Shown here in pieces: positions 29,424-40,055 of a stretch of 64,000 nt of DNA. A model generated the notes under the pieces. The model saw only the letters and a program-made list of their open reading frames with translations, did not search any database and had not been told where the DNA came from. How positions within the stretch are numbered: position 1 is the stretch's first letter; every line of letters starts with the position of its first letter. The position numbers and the translations under genes were made by a program. Source of the DNA: Myxococcota bacterium (GTDB lineage Bacteria > Myxococcota_A > SURF-8 > G963663525); assembly GCA_963676915.2 (NCBI GenBank), contig CAXXVK010000010.1, forward strand, positions 150,992-214,991, written 5' to 3'.

Positions 29424-29520
29424 TTTAAAAAAGGGTTACATAGACAATCCAGAATGATCGAGAAAAATTGGCCTGACCTTGTGACTTACTGTGTTCCAAA
29501 TGCGAATTTCGGATTGTTGT

Positions 29521-29549
29521 TGGACAGGTGTATGTACCTGCTGTAAACA
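29521..29549 (+). promoter_or_regulatory. Candidate sigma70-like promoter with a palindrome in its spacer
   Basis: TGGACA-17 bp-TAAACA; CAGGT-N6-ACCTG palindrome overlapping the -35 and spacer. Confidence 0.3.
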
Positions 29550-29572
29550 ACGATTTCACCTACTCTTCCAAA

Positions 29573-29798
29573 TTCCCCAGGATGTTTCAATTCTTGAACG
29601 ATTTGCCCTGTTCGGGGGGGGTGGCACGGTCTTTCACCGTAGGTGAATGGCCGTGAAAACACAAACCATCCGGGCCATCGATCCGTTGCGGATCGAAGAC
29701 CCGGCCACCCATTCCTAGATTTACCGAGTTCGATTTGTGCAGGATCAAGAATTGAATCACTCTTTCAAATTCTCGCCCAAGATTGACCCTTTGGGGAA
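29573..29798 (+). ncRNA. Candidate structured non-coding RNA (rod with Y-shaped end; loosely 6S RNA-like)
   Basis: Nested pairings TTCCCCA/TGGGGAA, TTCAATTCTTGA/TCAAGAATTGAA, CCTG/CAGG, TTCGG/CCGAG, GGGTGG/CCACCC plus two terminal hairpins; G-U pairs favour the + strand. Confidence 0.5.
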
Positions 29799-29924
29799 AA
29801 TCCTGTAGCTTTTGAGTCGAACATGTGCAAGATTCCGTAAAAAACACCCGGCGTTTCAATCATTGGAAGTGATCTGCACGATAGGAGACGCCGAAACATT
29901 CTCATCTTGGATCGAAGGAATGCC

Positions 29925-31871
29925 ATGAATTTGTATCGACAAGGCTTATTTACCATTTGTTTTTTGATGTTGTGCTGGAGTAGTTTTGCTTGCTCGGACG
30001 ATTCCGGTTCTTCTGTTGTCAATGATGGGGACACTGATAGCGATTTCACAGAAAACGAATCGTCGGAAGACGAAACACTCGATTGCGCTCCGTACGTCGA
30101 GCCTCAATACGAGATCGACACCGAACAGAAGAAATTCGCCGTCAACCTGCTGCACTTCAATCTGCAATATGTGGCCGGAGGACTGGAAGGCTACGACGAT
30201 ACCCAGCCGGATGTTTTCAATCTCGACGAGAAGGCAACCGAAGATCTGATTATTCGCGAAAGCTTCGTTCCCGTCGTCGATTTCTACGACGAACACCCCG
30301 ACTGGCACGTTACCCTCGAATTGCAGGGGTACATGGTCGAAGTTCTGCGCGACCGTTTCCCGGATACGTTGGTTAAGCTGAGGAAACTCGTGGAAGAGGG
30401 ACGGGCCGAAGTCGTAAGCTGGCATTATTCCGACCAGCTTTTCCTCGCCTATCCGAAACGCGCCATGGAGTGGTCCATTGCCCGTAACAACAAAGCTCTG
30501 CGGGAATCCTGCCTGCCCCGGCACGGCTCGGTATTCACTCAGGAAGGCCAGTTCGGTGAGGGCATGGTGCCGTTGATGAAGGAAAACGACTACCGTACCG
30601 GTCTATATGCCATGAATCTGCTTTCGTTTTTCACGGAGCCTTTCGATGGCAAGCCGTGGTTCGACCTGAACGGCATCGATATCGTGATCTGTGAAAAAGA
30701 AGTGCACGACACGGACACGGGCATCGATCTGGTGTGGACGTTTTTCGACGATGGCGAACTGCTGGCCACCGGGATGCTCAACCCCTACATGTTGCCGTAT
30801 TTCCAGTACAATCCCGATGCGATGGACACGTATGCAAACGAACTTACCGACCTGGAAAACGAAGGCTACAAGCACGTCACGATTTCCGAGTACGTCGCGC
30901 ATCTCGAAGCTCAGAACATCGCCAAACCCGCTCTGCCCACCGTGCTGGACGGTACCTGGCACCCCAAGAAAACGGATGACTTTTTCCTGTGGATGGGAGG
31001 CAAAGAAGGCGCGGGAGACGAGGAGGACAACAATGTGCTGACCTCCAACGTCCAAGCCTATCATAAGGTAATGGCCGCCGAAACCGCACTGGCGGCGTAT
31101 CCCGACGACAGCCTTCAAGCGGACATGAACGAAGCGATCGACGAATTGCTGTTCGCCCACTGCTCCGATTCGACGGGATGGCGTCCCTGGCGCAAAGAAG
31201 TCGATTACAGCCTCACTCATGCCGAAGCGGCGAAAGAAGCCGCAGGGCGAGTGCTCGAAGGTATACGCGACGCCCAGGGATGGGATCACATCCGGGTGGA
31301 CAACAACACGGCGGAAGTCAGCGGAGACATGATTCTACCCGAGCAGCCCGACACCACTGACCCTCTGTTCGAAATCGTCACCGAAAGCGAACGAGAGATG
31401 GAGGTAACCTGGTACAAGATCGGCGACGCGATTCGTGAAGTTCGTGTGGAAATCTCCGCCGTGGATGCCCCGACTAGCGACGAGACCGACCGTGTCTCGG
31501 CGATGCTTACGATGCCGTATTCGGCAGACGACATCATCTATTCGCCCGGTCTGATCGATGATGAAACGGTGCATTATGCACGAACGGATTTCTGGTTCGA
31601 AGGCTATGGATACACCCATTTGCCGTTGCATAACGGTTTGCTGGGATTGGGTGGGGATCGCTGGTTGATTCTCGATACCTCGGTCTGCCACCTTGCGCCG
31701 AGAATTCCGAACAAGGACGACACCGTAGCGCCGGACAGCATTCGGATCATGGATAATTCGTTGCGCTACGACCGAAACAGTTCCTGGTCCTTCTATATTT
31801 TGACGGGTACCGAGCAGGAAGCCATCGATTTCGCCGTGCAGACCAATGTGAAACGCACCTGGCAGGAATAA
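29925..31871 (+). CDS. Lipoprotein with glycoside hydrolase family 57-like catalytic domain
   Basis: Lipobox SFAC; HFNLQY, GRAEVVSWHYSD, FTQE, DDGE, SDSTGW in the order of the five GH57 conserved regions. Confidence 0.7.
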   Translation: MNLYRQGLFTICFLMLCWSSFACSDDSGSSVVNDGDTDSDFTENESSEDETLDCAPYVEPQYEIDTEQKKFAVNLLHFNLQYVAGGLEGYDDTQPDVFNLDEKATEDLIIRESFVPVVDFYDEHPDWHVTLELQGYMVEVLRDRFPDTLVKLRKLVEEGRAEVVSWHYSDQLFLAYPKRAMEWSIARNNKALRESCLPRHGSVFTQEGQFGEGMVPLMKENDYRTGLYAMNLLSFFTEPFDGKPWFDLNGIDIVICEKEVHDTDTGIDLVWTFFDDGELLATGMLNPYMLPYFQYNPDAMDTYANELTDLENEGYKHVTISEYVAHLEAQNIAKPALPTVLDGTWHPKKTDDFFLWMGGKEGAGDEEDNNVLTSNVQAYHKVMAAETALAAYPDDSLQADMNEAIDELLFAHCSDSTGWRPWRKEVDYSLTHAEAAKEAAGRVLEGIRDAQGWDHIRVDNNTAEVSGDMILPEQPDTTDPLFEIVTESEREMEVTWYKIGDAIREVRVEISAVDAPTSDETDRVSAMLTMPYSADDIIYSPGLIDDETVHYARTDFWFEGYGYTHLPLHNGLLGLGGDRWLILDTSVCHLAPRIPNKDDTVAPDSIRIMDNSLRYDRNSSWSFYILTGTEQEAIDFAVQTNVKRTWQE

Positions 31872-31909
31872 ACGCGAACCGGGGGACGGTTCGGGAAAGG
31901 CGGGGGAGC

Positions 31910-32758
31910 ATGAAGACCATGAAATTCGTAGTTTTTTTCGGAATGCTGGTCTTGGGACTTGCTGTGGTGGGCTGCGATTTCTACCCGAAAGAAACCAAAC
32001 GCGGAAAACCTCTGCGACTTCTGAAAGATTCTCCCGAGAAAACCTCCGTCGATGAAAAAGCCAAGGCGGCCATTTTGAAAAAACGTGAAGAACAGCAAAA
32101 AGGTCAAAACGTGGCGGGAATCGAAATGGATTGCACGGTACAGGATACTCAGCGACCCATTCGGCTGCTCAACCGGTCTTTCAAGGGGTTTGCTTTGATG
32201 GCATCCTGCGACGGTTCCGAAGACGGAAAAACCTCGACGAAAAGAATTTACGTACTGGAAGACGAGTTCGAGGATCTGTATTCCATCGGCAAAGGCACGA
32301 GAATTACGGTTACCCAGGAAATGCAAGCCGGAGAACGTTATTTCCGATATACCGGGATTACCTCCGGGGCGGTCCAGCAACGTATGCTTCCCGGCGGCGT
32401 GGATGACTTCAATGAAGTGATGCTCGGTATGCCCGGAGGCGAAGGGTCGGAATACACCTGTTTGGCGTCCGATCGCATGAAGAAAATGAGTATCGGAAAA
32501 GACCGGATGCTTCGAACCCATGTGGGCGACGATGTACACGACACCTATTGGTACGTGGAATGCGCGGGAAGAACCTGGCCGGCGGAAGGTGTGCTCGTGT
32601 TCTATAGCTCTTCAGAAGAGGTTGTGGCCACCCAAGCCCAACCGCTCCTTTGTTATCGAAATTACCGGATATTACGGAACCGAATCCTATCTTACGGGTC
32701 GGGCTGTCTTGTAAACAACAACGTACGGCATTTTGGGAAAGTGTGGACCGTACCTTGA
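31910..32758 (+). CDS. Hypothetical lipoprotein
   Basis: GGGGAG RBS; lipobox VVGC; several Cys. Confidence 0.75.
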   Translation: MKTMKFVVFFGMLVLGLAVVGCDFYPKETKRGKPLRLLKDSPEKTSVDEKAKAAILKKREEQQKGQNVAGIEMDCTVQDTQRPIRLLNRSFKGFALMASCDGSEDGKTSTKRIYVLEDEFEDLYSIGKGTRITVTQEMQAGERYFRYTGITSGAVQQRMLPGGVDDFNEVMLGMPGGEGSEYTCLASDRMKKMSIGKDRMLRTHVGDDVHDTYWYVECAGRTWPAEGVLVFYSSSEEVVATQAQPLLCYRNYRILRNRILSYGSGCLVNNNVRHFGKVWTVP

Positions 32759-32808
32759 GATAGGTGATTGGTAAGCAATCTTCAAACGAAAGAGGATAGT
32801 CACTGACG

Positions 32809-33903
32809 ATGCGGTCCGAATCCCTGCCCGAACATTCCGGGGTTTCACGAAATGCCCGTTTCGATAACCTGAAACTGATACTGATCGTTCTCGTGGTTCT
32901 CGGTCATGCTCTCGAACTGGCCTGGGGCGGGCGTCCCTTGTTGCGTGCTGTCTGGCAGTGGATCTATCTGTTTCATATGCCGCTTTTCGCCTTTGTTTCC
33001 GGCTACTTCACGCGGGGTGATCTCGATTCGAAACGCATGTTTTCTGCGTTTTGTCGTTTGATCGTGCCGTATTTCCTCTTCATGATTTTGTATCGTTTGT
33101 TTTTGTATTTCATGCAAAACGGCAACGTTTTAACGTTGAATTTGTTTCATTCGTACGACTTGATGTGGTTTTTACCGGCTCTGTTTTTCTGGCGGATGTC
33201 CGTGCCGATCTTCATGAAGGTGCGTTATCCCTTCTTGCTTGCAGTGGCTTTGGGGCTGTTGATCGGCTTCAATCCGTTCATTTCCGGCACTATGGGTTGG
33301 ACGCAAACCTTTGCTTTTTCACCCTTTTTCGTGCTGGGACTTCTTGCACAAAACAAAAATCTTCAACCGCTGTTCGATCGCAGATCCCGGATACTTTCCG
33401 CCATTGTGTTGGTGACTCTGTTTGGCTTGTTGCTGGCCTACGGTTCCGAATTCGACACAAAATGGCTCCGTCACGCAATGTATAAAGATATCGGTCGTCA
33501 CGACTGGTGGGCTGCTTTGAATCGGCTCGCGGTCTATGGCGGTTCTTTGATATCCGGCATTGCGTTTCTATCGCTTGTCCCAGGACGGGAAATGAAATGG
33601 AGCGCTCTGGGAAAAGTTACGATCTTCCCCTATCTTTTGCACTATTTCGTGCTGAAAACGATTTATTTCACCGGTTGGCACAAAGCCATACCTTCCGAAA
33701 TGCCGCAAATCGGCTGGGTACTGTCGTTCTTGTTTTTATCGGTGCTTTTGGTGTTGCTTTTCAGCCATCGGTGGACGGTCCGCCTGCTGGAACCTGTCGT
33801 GCAGCCATCTCCCGACTTTATTCGGCGCTATGGAGTATTTTTACTCCTCGCCGGGTGGGCGGCGCTCGTAGCCTTCAACGGTATTGCTGCTGCCTTTCGT
33901 TAA
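32809..33903 (+). CDS. Acyltransferase family 3 (O-acetyltransferase) membrane protein
   Basis: RFDNLK...VVLGH, IYLFHMPLFAFVSGYF, WFLPALF, PYLLH. Confidence 0.9.
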   Translation: MRSESLPEHSGVSRNARFDNLKLILIVLVVLGHALELAWGGRPLLRAVWQWIYLFHMPLFAFVSGYFTRGDLDSKRMFSAFCRLIVPYFLFMILYRLFLYFMQNGNVLTLNLFHSYDLMWFLPALFFWRMSVPIFMKVRYPFLLAVALGLLIGFNPFISGTMGWTQTFAFSPFFVLGLLAQNKNLQPLFDRRSRILSAIVLVTLFGLLLAYGSEFDTKWLRHAMYKDIGRHDWWAALNRLAVYGGSLISGIAFLSLVPGREMKWSALGKVTIFPYLLHYFVLKTIYFTGWHKAIPSEMPQIGWVLSFLFLSVLLVLLFSHRWTVRLLEPVVQPSPDFIRRYGVFLLLAGWAALVAFNGIAAAFR

Positions 33904-33957
33904 CCCACATCGTCGCAAGATAAAGAAAACCGAAGATATTTCAAGAGGTTGGGGTGA

Positions 33958-36285
33958 CTACAACTGGCCGCCACGGGCCAGCCGTTGCCAGTTCGAAGCT
34001 TCCAGGTGGCGCAGTTTCCAGTTGGAAAAATCGAGGGAGAGTTCCCGCACCTTTTCCGGCAGACGATCGCGGAGGTTGCGCTTTTCACCCGGATCGACCC
34101 GCAGGTTGTAGAGTTCGAACAGGTTTTCATCGGTACGGTAGATCAGTTTCCAAGGCCAGTCCTGGTAGCTTTGCAAGGTATAGGAGAACGAGGGAGAGAA
34201 GATTTTTTCGCAGAAAATCGGGACGGGACGCGGGTCTTCGCCTCCGACGATGGATGCCGCAAGACTGCGTCCCTGATGTCGGGGATCGGCAGGCAATCCC
34301 ACCAGATCGAAAACTGTCGGTGCGAGATCCACCAGCGATACGGGCGTTTTTACACGGCGGGGGGAAACACCGGGCATTCGTATCACCAACGGAACGTGAA
34401 CCGATTCTTCGTAAATCGCCGAACCATGGTAATGGCCGCCGTGCTCTTCGAACTCTTCGCCATGATCGGCCGTCAACACCACGATGGTTTTCCGTGCCAT
34501 CTCGGTTTTTTCGAAGGCTTCGAGGAATCGGGCGACTTCCTGGTCCGAAAAGCGGATTTCGTGGTCATACAGATCCATCTGGCTATCGCCGTAGCGCTTT
34601 ACACCGGGATGTTTGATGTAGAGGAAATGAGGATCGAAATAGTGTAAGTACATGAAAACGCCACGGGTTTTCGCCTCACTCTCCCAGTTGGGCAATTGGG
34701 CGATAGCTTTGTTGGTAATCAAATGACTTGTGGCGTTGGCTTCGGCGTGGCCGTTTTCACGAAATGCGGTGGTGTCCCAAAGGTCGGCGCCACGTTCGAG
34801 ATTGCGGTGGTTGAAATACCAGTAAGAAAAAATGCCGTTGACCTGGTAGCCCAAATCACCTTTCAACCGCTCGTACATCGGCTGGGTGCGGTCGTCGATT
34901 TTGGGGAAGTTGTGGTAATTGCTCCAGTCGATTTGGGAAGGATACCGACCGGTCAGCAATGCCGGGATGGCTTGCGGCGTGTTCGGCGCTGTCGTATATG
35001 CCCGTTCGAACACCACCGACTGCCTGGCCCATTGGTCCAGTTTCGGCGATACGTCACGAGGATAGCCGTACATCCCAAGGTGGTCGGCCCGGAGTGCATC
35101 GATGACGATCAGCAGGATGTTGTATTCGTCCCGGAACATCTCGACGATACGCGAGGCACCGCCTTTTTCTTCTTCCGTTTCCTCCACTTGAGCAACAACG
35201 GGGGCAGCATCGCCACCGAGACAGTCGTTATCGAGTCCGTCGCCGGGGATTTCCTGCGCCAGAGGGTTGATGGTCGGGTCGGAATCGTTGCAATCCGCCC
35301 CTCCCAATACGGCGGAGAAACCATCGCCGTCGCGGTCGGTGACACGATGCAACAGAGCGAGCACCGGTTTGCCCAGTCCTGCATGATGGCGAACCATGCT
35401 TCCTGCATAGGAGAACCTGGGCCAGCTATCGATAAGCAGCATCCAGGCTCCGACGAGCAATGGTATCAGAAGCAGTCCCAGAATTTTCGCACCGATACGG
35501 AACCCTTGTGCAAACGGAACCAGCCCGGTGAGCAGGTACACCAGCATTTGGGTGGAGAAGAAAATACCCAGCAAAATGAACGGTGCCGGGTCGATCATGG
35601 TAAACAGGCTGCGGTTGATCCAGGCCAGCGTGACGATCGAAGTTCCCAACACGGCGGAAAGAAACAGGATTTGGATCTGTAAAAAGCGTCCCGGCAACCA
35701 GCGTTCGAAAATCGACCTACGTTGCGACCCAATGCCAGTAACAGCACCAGGAGCACCGGAGCCAGCACGGCAAGTCCCAAGGCTACCAGCGTAAAGACAA
35801 AAGCCGCCAGCGGTTTGTTGTTGTAGGCTGTACTGAAGTGAAGTTGAAGCAGAAACAGGCTGGGGACCGTCAGTGTCACCACCCCCGATTCCCGCAAAAA
35901 GATACGCCCCGAACCGCTGGTCTTCACCGGCCAGCCAGCGACTGATCTGGTACATCCAGTACACACGGCCGGAGAGGTCGAAACGTTTTTCCAGATACGA
36001 CCACAACGAGCCGCCGATCAGTCCGTACAACAGAGCGGGAGGAGCGAGCAGACAAACAGCCGCGAGAAAGTACCAGGCCAACTCGTTCCAGCTATGGAAA
36101 AACGCCTCGTTGGATGGCAGGGCCATCAACGCCACTTCGGAGAAAATCGTCGTCGGCACGGCGATCAATGCACCCAGGAAAAAGCGCGTACCGATGACGC
36201 TTTCCGCCGTCTGCGTCACTCGTATCTCACGAGAACGGGCGGTTTCTCTTGTATCGGCAGCCTGTTCCGTTTTCGTCTCGCTCAT
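33958..36285 (-). CDS. Membrane-anchored sulfatase-fold/phosphotransferase protein (Thr at the nucleophile position) with a MopE-like metal-binding motif; apparent compensating frameshifts at ~35710-35886
   Basis: DRDGDG...DCNDSDPTINP...DGLDNDC; IDALRADH, APNTPQAIPALLTG, HYFDPH, ADHGE, HVPL. Confidence 0.8.
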   Translation of the reverse strand: MSETKTEQAADTRETARSREIRVTQTAESVIGTRFFLGALIAVPTTIFSEVALMALPSNEAFFHSWNELAWYFLAAVCLLAPPALLYGLIGGSLWSYLEKRFDLSGRVYWMYQISRWLAGEDQRFGAYLFAGIGGGDTDGPQPVSASTSLQYSLQQQTAGGFCLYAGSLGTCRAGSGAPGAVTGIGSQRRSIFERWLPGRFLQIQILFLSAVLGTSIVTLAWINRSLFTMIDPAPFILLGIFFSTQMLVYLLTGLVPFAQGFRIGAKILGLLLIPLLVGAWMLLIDSWPRFSYAGSMVRHHAGLGKPVLALLHRVTDRDGDGFSAVLGGADCNDSDPTINPLAQEIPGDGLDNDCLGGDAAPVVAQVEETEEEKGGASRIVEMFRDEYNILLIVIDALRADHLGMYGYPRDVSPKLDQWARQSVVFERAYTTAPNTPQAIPALLTGRYPSQIDWSNYHNFPKIDDRTQPMYERLKGDLGYQVNGIFSYWYFNHRNLERGADLWDTTAFRENGHAEANATSHLITNKAIAQLPNWESEAKTRGVFMYLHYFDPHFLYIKHPGVKRYGDSQMDLYDHEIRFSDQEVARFLEAFEKTEMARKTIVVLTADHGEEFEEHGGHYHGSAIYEESVHVPLVIRMPGVSPRRVKTPVSLVDLAPTVFDLVGLPADPRHQGRSLAASIVGGEDPRPVPIFCEKIFSPSFSYTLQSYQDWPWKLIYRTDENLFELYNLRVDPGEKRNLRDRLPEKVRELSLDFSNWKLRHLEASNWQRLARGGQL

Positions 36286-36682
36286 GCTTCTATTCTATAA
36301 ACTTGCTGGAATTTCGGCAAGTTGCCGCACGAATATCCGTACTGCGTTTCGGTACAAAACCTGACCGCCCCGCACTCGGATAAATATATTTAGTATCTTA
36401 CCTCAAGACGTTCTTTTTGGCTAGGAAAAGACGGAAAAAGAGCGTCCAATATAAAATGGTAAAAGAAACCGTTCGAGGAATTTCATTCGAACGGCGGTTT
36501 TTCCTGCAAAAACAATCAAGCTCCAAAGAGAATGAAAATGAGTAAATTCTCGGAGAAACGTTCGATTTGTCGTAAGATTTGGCGATGATGTGACCGAATG
36601 CGTATCTTTTTGCATAGAAAACCTGTAACGTTTCGTACCATGAAACGGTGTAGTGCGTGACGTTTTGATGGAAGGGAACCTT

Positions 36683-39600
36683 TTGAAGGTGTTGGCGACA
36701 TTTCCCGGTGCTTTTCAGGTGTTTGCGCTGGTTTGTCTGGTGATGGCCGGCTGTTCGGATTCGCCTGTACCGAGGAGTCCCGTTCGTTGGTCGCGACAAG
36801 AGAAACCCTGGAAGACAACGGGTTTCATACTCTGGAAGAAGCCGACGCGGACGAAGCCTTACCCGAACCGACGGATTGGCAAAACCCGGACGAAGATTTC
36901 GAGACAAACGACCTGGAAGACAACGACACCTCTACGGAAGAGATTGAAGAGGATTCGGATGAGCCGGTGGTTCGGGTCATCAGCCTGCGCGTGGAAGGAA
37001 ACGGCGGCAATGTGCAGGTATCCTACGAAATCGAAGGCGAAGCGCCCTCTTCGAGCCATCTGATTCCCGGATACAAGGAACAGGACGGCGAATGGGAACA
37101 AGCCCACACCACGCCGTCCACACTATCAACCGAAGCGGGAAGGCATTCATTGACCTGGCACAGCCATGTGGATCTTCCGTTTACCCAAACCGAAAACCCC
37201 ACCTTCGGTCTCTCCTGGGATACTCCGGGAGGCGAGAATCGAACGGTTCAGGTCGAAGCGCTCGACAATCGCTACGTGGTTTCTCCACGCCGGATCGATA
37301 CTCCGAGAAATGTTCCGGCTTATGGACGAGAACCGCAGCTTTTACAAGCACGCGACAACACATTGTACATGCTCTGGAAACAGGAGTCCGGAGAGGACAG
37401 AAGCGTCTGGTTCAACCGTGCCGGGGATGGACGGAAATGGGACGAAAGCGTCGTTGAAGTACCCTTCGGTACGCAAGCTATCGATGATTCGTCGTCGGAG
37501 TCGGAAGAGCAGTTTTTCATGTGCGCGGACGGCAAAGGGGATGTGGCTATCGTACGAACCGTTATTCAGGGAACGGTGAAACGGATCGACTTGCAGGTCT
37601 CGGAGAATTACGGGCAGCAATGGTTTTCGGCTCCTCGAACGATTTCAGAGGATTTTTACGATCATCACGCGAATCGCAACGTTCAGTGTTTGCTGTTCGA
37701 TCGGCAATTGCTGATATCCTGGGTGCAAGAAGACGAAATCAGCACGTCCATAATGTTGCTGGATACTCATCTTTCCTTGTTGCATGACGCGCAGCCCATT
37801 GTTTTCGAATCTGCTGAGCAAAGCTATCGATTGCTCCAGAACCCTCGTTTCGTGGTTCATGGGAATGTATTTCGCCTGTTCTGGTTGGATTTCGATGGTT
37901 CATCTTCAAGCTGTCAGTTGATATTTCGCCAACGGATCAGCGCTTATACCGATTGGTCGGAGCAACAGGAAGTCGAAATCGATACGGGAGAAAGCACGAT
38001 CGTGGATTTCTTCGTCCGGTCGATGGATCACCTGCTGGTTCTGCAAGCGACGATGATGGAATCGACGACAATGCAAATAGGACTTTATCTGTCCGAGGAT
38101 GGCGGGCAGCAGTTTTCCGAGAATCTCAGCCCTGGTATTGCTGCCGGTTCCACTGGCTACTTGTGGGCCAACGAGCCTCCGGCCTTGCTGTTGGATGGGG
38201 ATCACATGGTGATGGCCTGGCAGGAGGTCGTTTCGTCCTATACCATGTTGAAGGTAGCGTATTCCGCCACGGCGGGGCAGTTCTGGTCGGACCCGGTTGC
38301 GTTGTACCAGTATGAAGATTATGCCAATGTCCACTTGTTGCCTCCTCAACTGGCCTTGGGTGAGGGTTCAAGGGTGGTTTTGACCCACTTTGCCGGGATC
38401 GAAGACGATGGGGAAGAAGAGGTCGATTTGAGGGTTTTCGAAAGTTCCAACCACGGGGCTTCGTGGTCCTCATCGTACCCCGTCGCGGATGGATTGGTCG
38501 TCGAGGACGAAGACCGCGTGCTTCAAGTGATGAATCTAGGTGGTGGCGTCGTCGGATTGATGACCTTGGGAACGTTTTATCAGCGTATGGAACCGCGCTG
38601 GTACGAGTCGGTCGAAGCCTATCAGTGGAAAGCGGTCGATCCCCGGCCAGGGCATTACGGAAATCGATCCAATTCCTACAACTTTCAGCTATGGAGTCAA
38701 GACGATACCCTATACGGGATCTACATCGACGACCGAGACGACACGCCGTTTCCCTATTTTTCCGTCAGCACGGATGCGGGAGAAAGCTGGCAGCCGGATC
38801 AGGCCGTGATGCCTCTGGAGGAAAAAGAAGACGCCGCGTATTTCAGTATGGATTTCACGGTGTCCGATCCCCCTGCCGTGCTTTTGCAGACTCGTACGGA
38901 CATTGAAAGCCAGTACCATTACGGAAGAGGTATGGATGACAGTTTCTCGCCACCTGCTCCCCAAGGTGGGTTTTCCGGTGAGCACGATGGTCGAATCCTG
39001 GATTTGGTCCATACCGCCAACGGGCCTGTTGCCTTTGTCTATGCCGAGCCTGATACACGGCATCTGATTCGTGTACGGACTTCCACCGACGGTGGAGAAA
39101 CCTGGTCGTTCGTCGCCGACGATCTCGAAATGAAACCCGGCTTCGATCGGGGACCGTATCTTGCCATCGAAACCGAACCCTTCGGAGCGCTTGCCGCGTG
39201 GTATGCGGTGCGTTCTTCGGATGATGGCGTGGTTTACGATGTGACGATGGCGCATTTCGATGGTACGGACTGGCAGACGATCCAGAATTCCTGGCTATCC
39301 GGGGACGATGACAAGCGCGATATCCGGCCCGTTTCCTTGAAGAATGGACGATGGGGGTTGTTGCGCACCACGGCAGAACCTCCATATGGCCTCATCGAAC
39401 TGTATACGGCTTTCGACGGAGCACGAGGAACCTGGGCGAAGCAGGAAGGGCTGATTTTCTCCCCATACGATCCGTTGATTCTGAAACATTGGATCGATAA
39501 CGAAGGGACGCTGCACCTGTTGTTCGGAGAAGCCGAATCCGTGGGGACGATGCTTACCTATTGCCGTTTCGATGGCACGAATCTGTACTGGAGCGGGAGG

Positions 39601-39918
39601 ACGACGGTGCAGCCGGTGGTTCCCGATGCGAATTCAGTACGATTTACGGGCTTCGGTACGCGAACCTTGTGGACCACCTGGACCGAAACATTCACTCGTT
39701 CGCGGGTGTTGTTTGGCGTGTTCAGTCACGATGGCGGCCAGTACTGGCACGCACCCGTGATTCTCTCGCCGGATCAGGACTATCTCTCCGGGTATGATTT
39801 AATCGTCGCGGACGATGCTACGACACACATTGGTTATTCCGTATACGAAGGGGAGGACCTCAACGTATACGGGATTCGTTGGCCTGCCCTCGTGGAGGAT
39901 CTCGAAACTTCTCGTTGA
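36683..39918 (+). CDS. Large lipoprotein with BNR/Asp-box repeats (sialidase-like beta-propeller); signal peptide apparently out of frame with the body
   Basis: Asp-boxes SENYGQQW, SEDGGQQF, SSNHGASW, STDAGESW, STDGGETW, SHDGGQYW in ORF 36733-39918; lipoprotein signal MKVL...VMAGC starts at TTG 36683 in another frame. Confidence 0.72.
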
Positions 39919-39983
39919 TCCGATCGATCTCAGAAAAAAGTTGAACAAAAGCGGGAAACCGGGTTTAGTGGTCGAAAAAGATC

Positions 39984-40013
39984 TTGCATTGTTTACTGTA
40001 ATTTTGTACAGTA
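39984..40013 (+). promoter_or_regulatory. recA promoter with overlapping LexA (SOS) box
   Basis: TTGCAT-17 bp-TACAGT; palindrome TACTGTAATTTTGTACAGTA (39994-40013) fits CTGT-N8-ACAG. Confidence 0.75.
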
Positions 40014-40055
40014 TGTCTGTTTTCAAGATGATTTGTCTCGAAAGGGGAGAATTCC

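Noticed and set aside
29586-29756. Retron msr-msd (terminal inverted repeats plus hairpins)
   Set aside because: No reverse transcriptase gene adjacent or anywhere in the window
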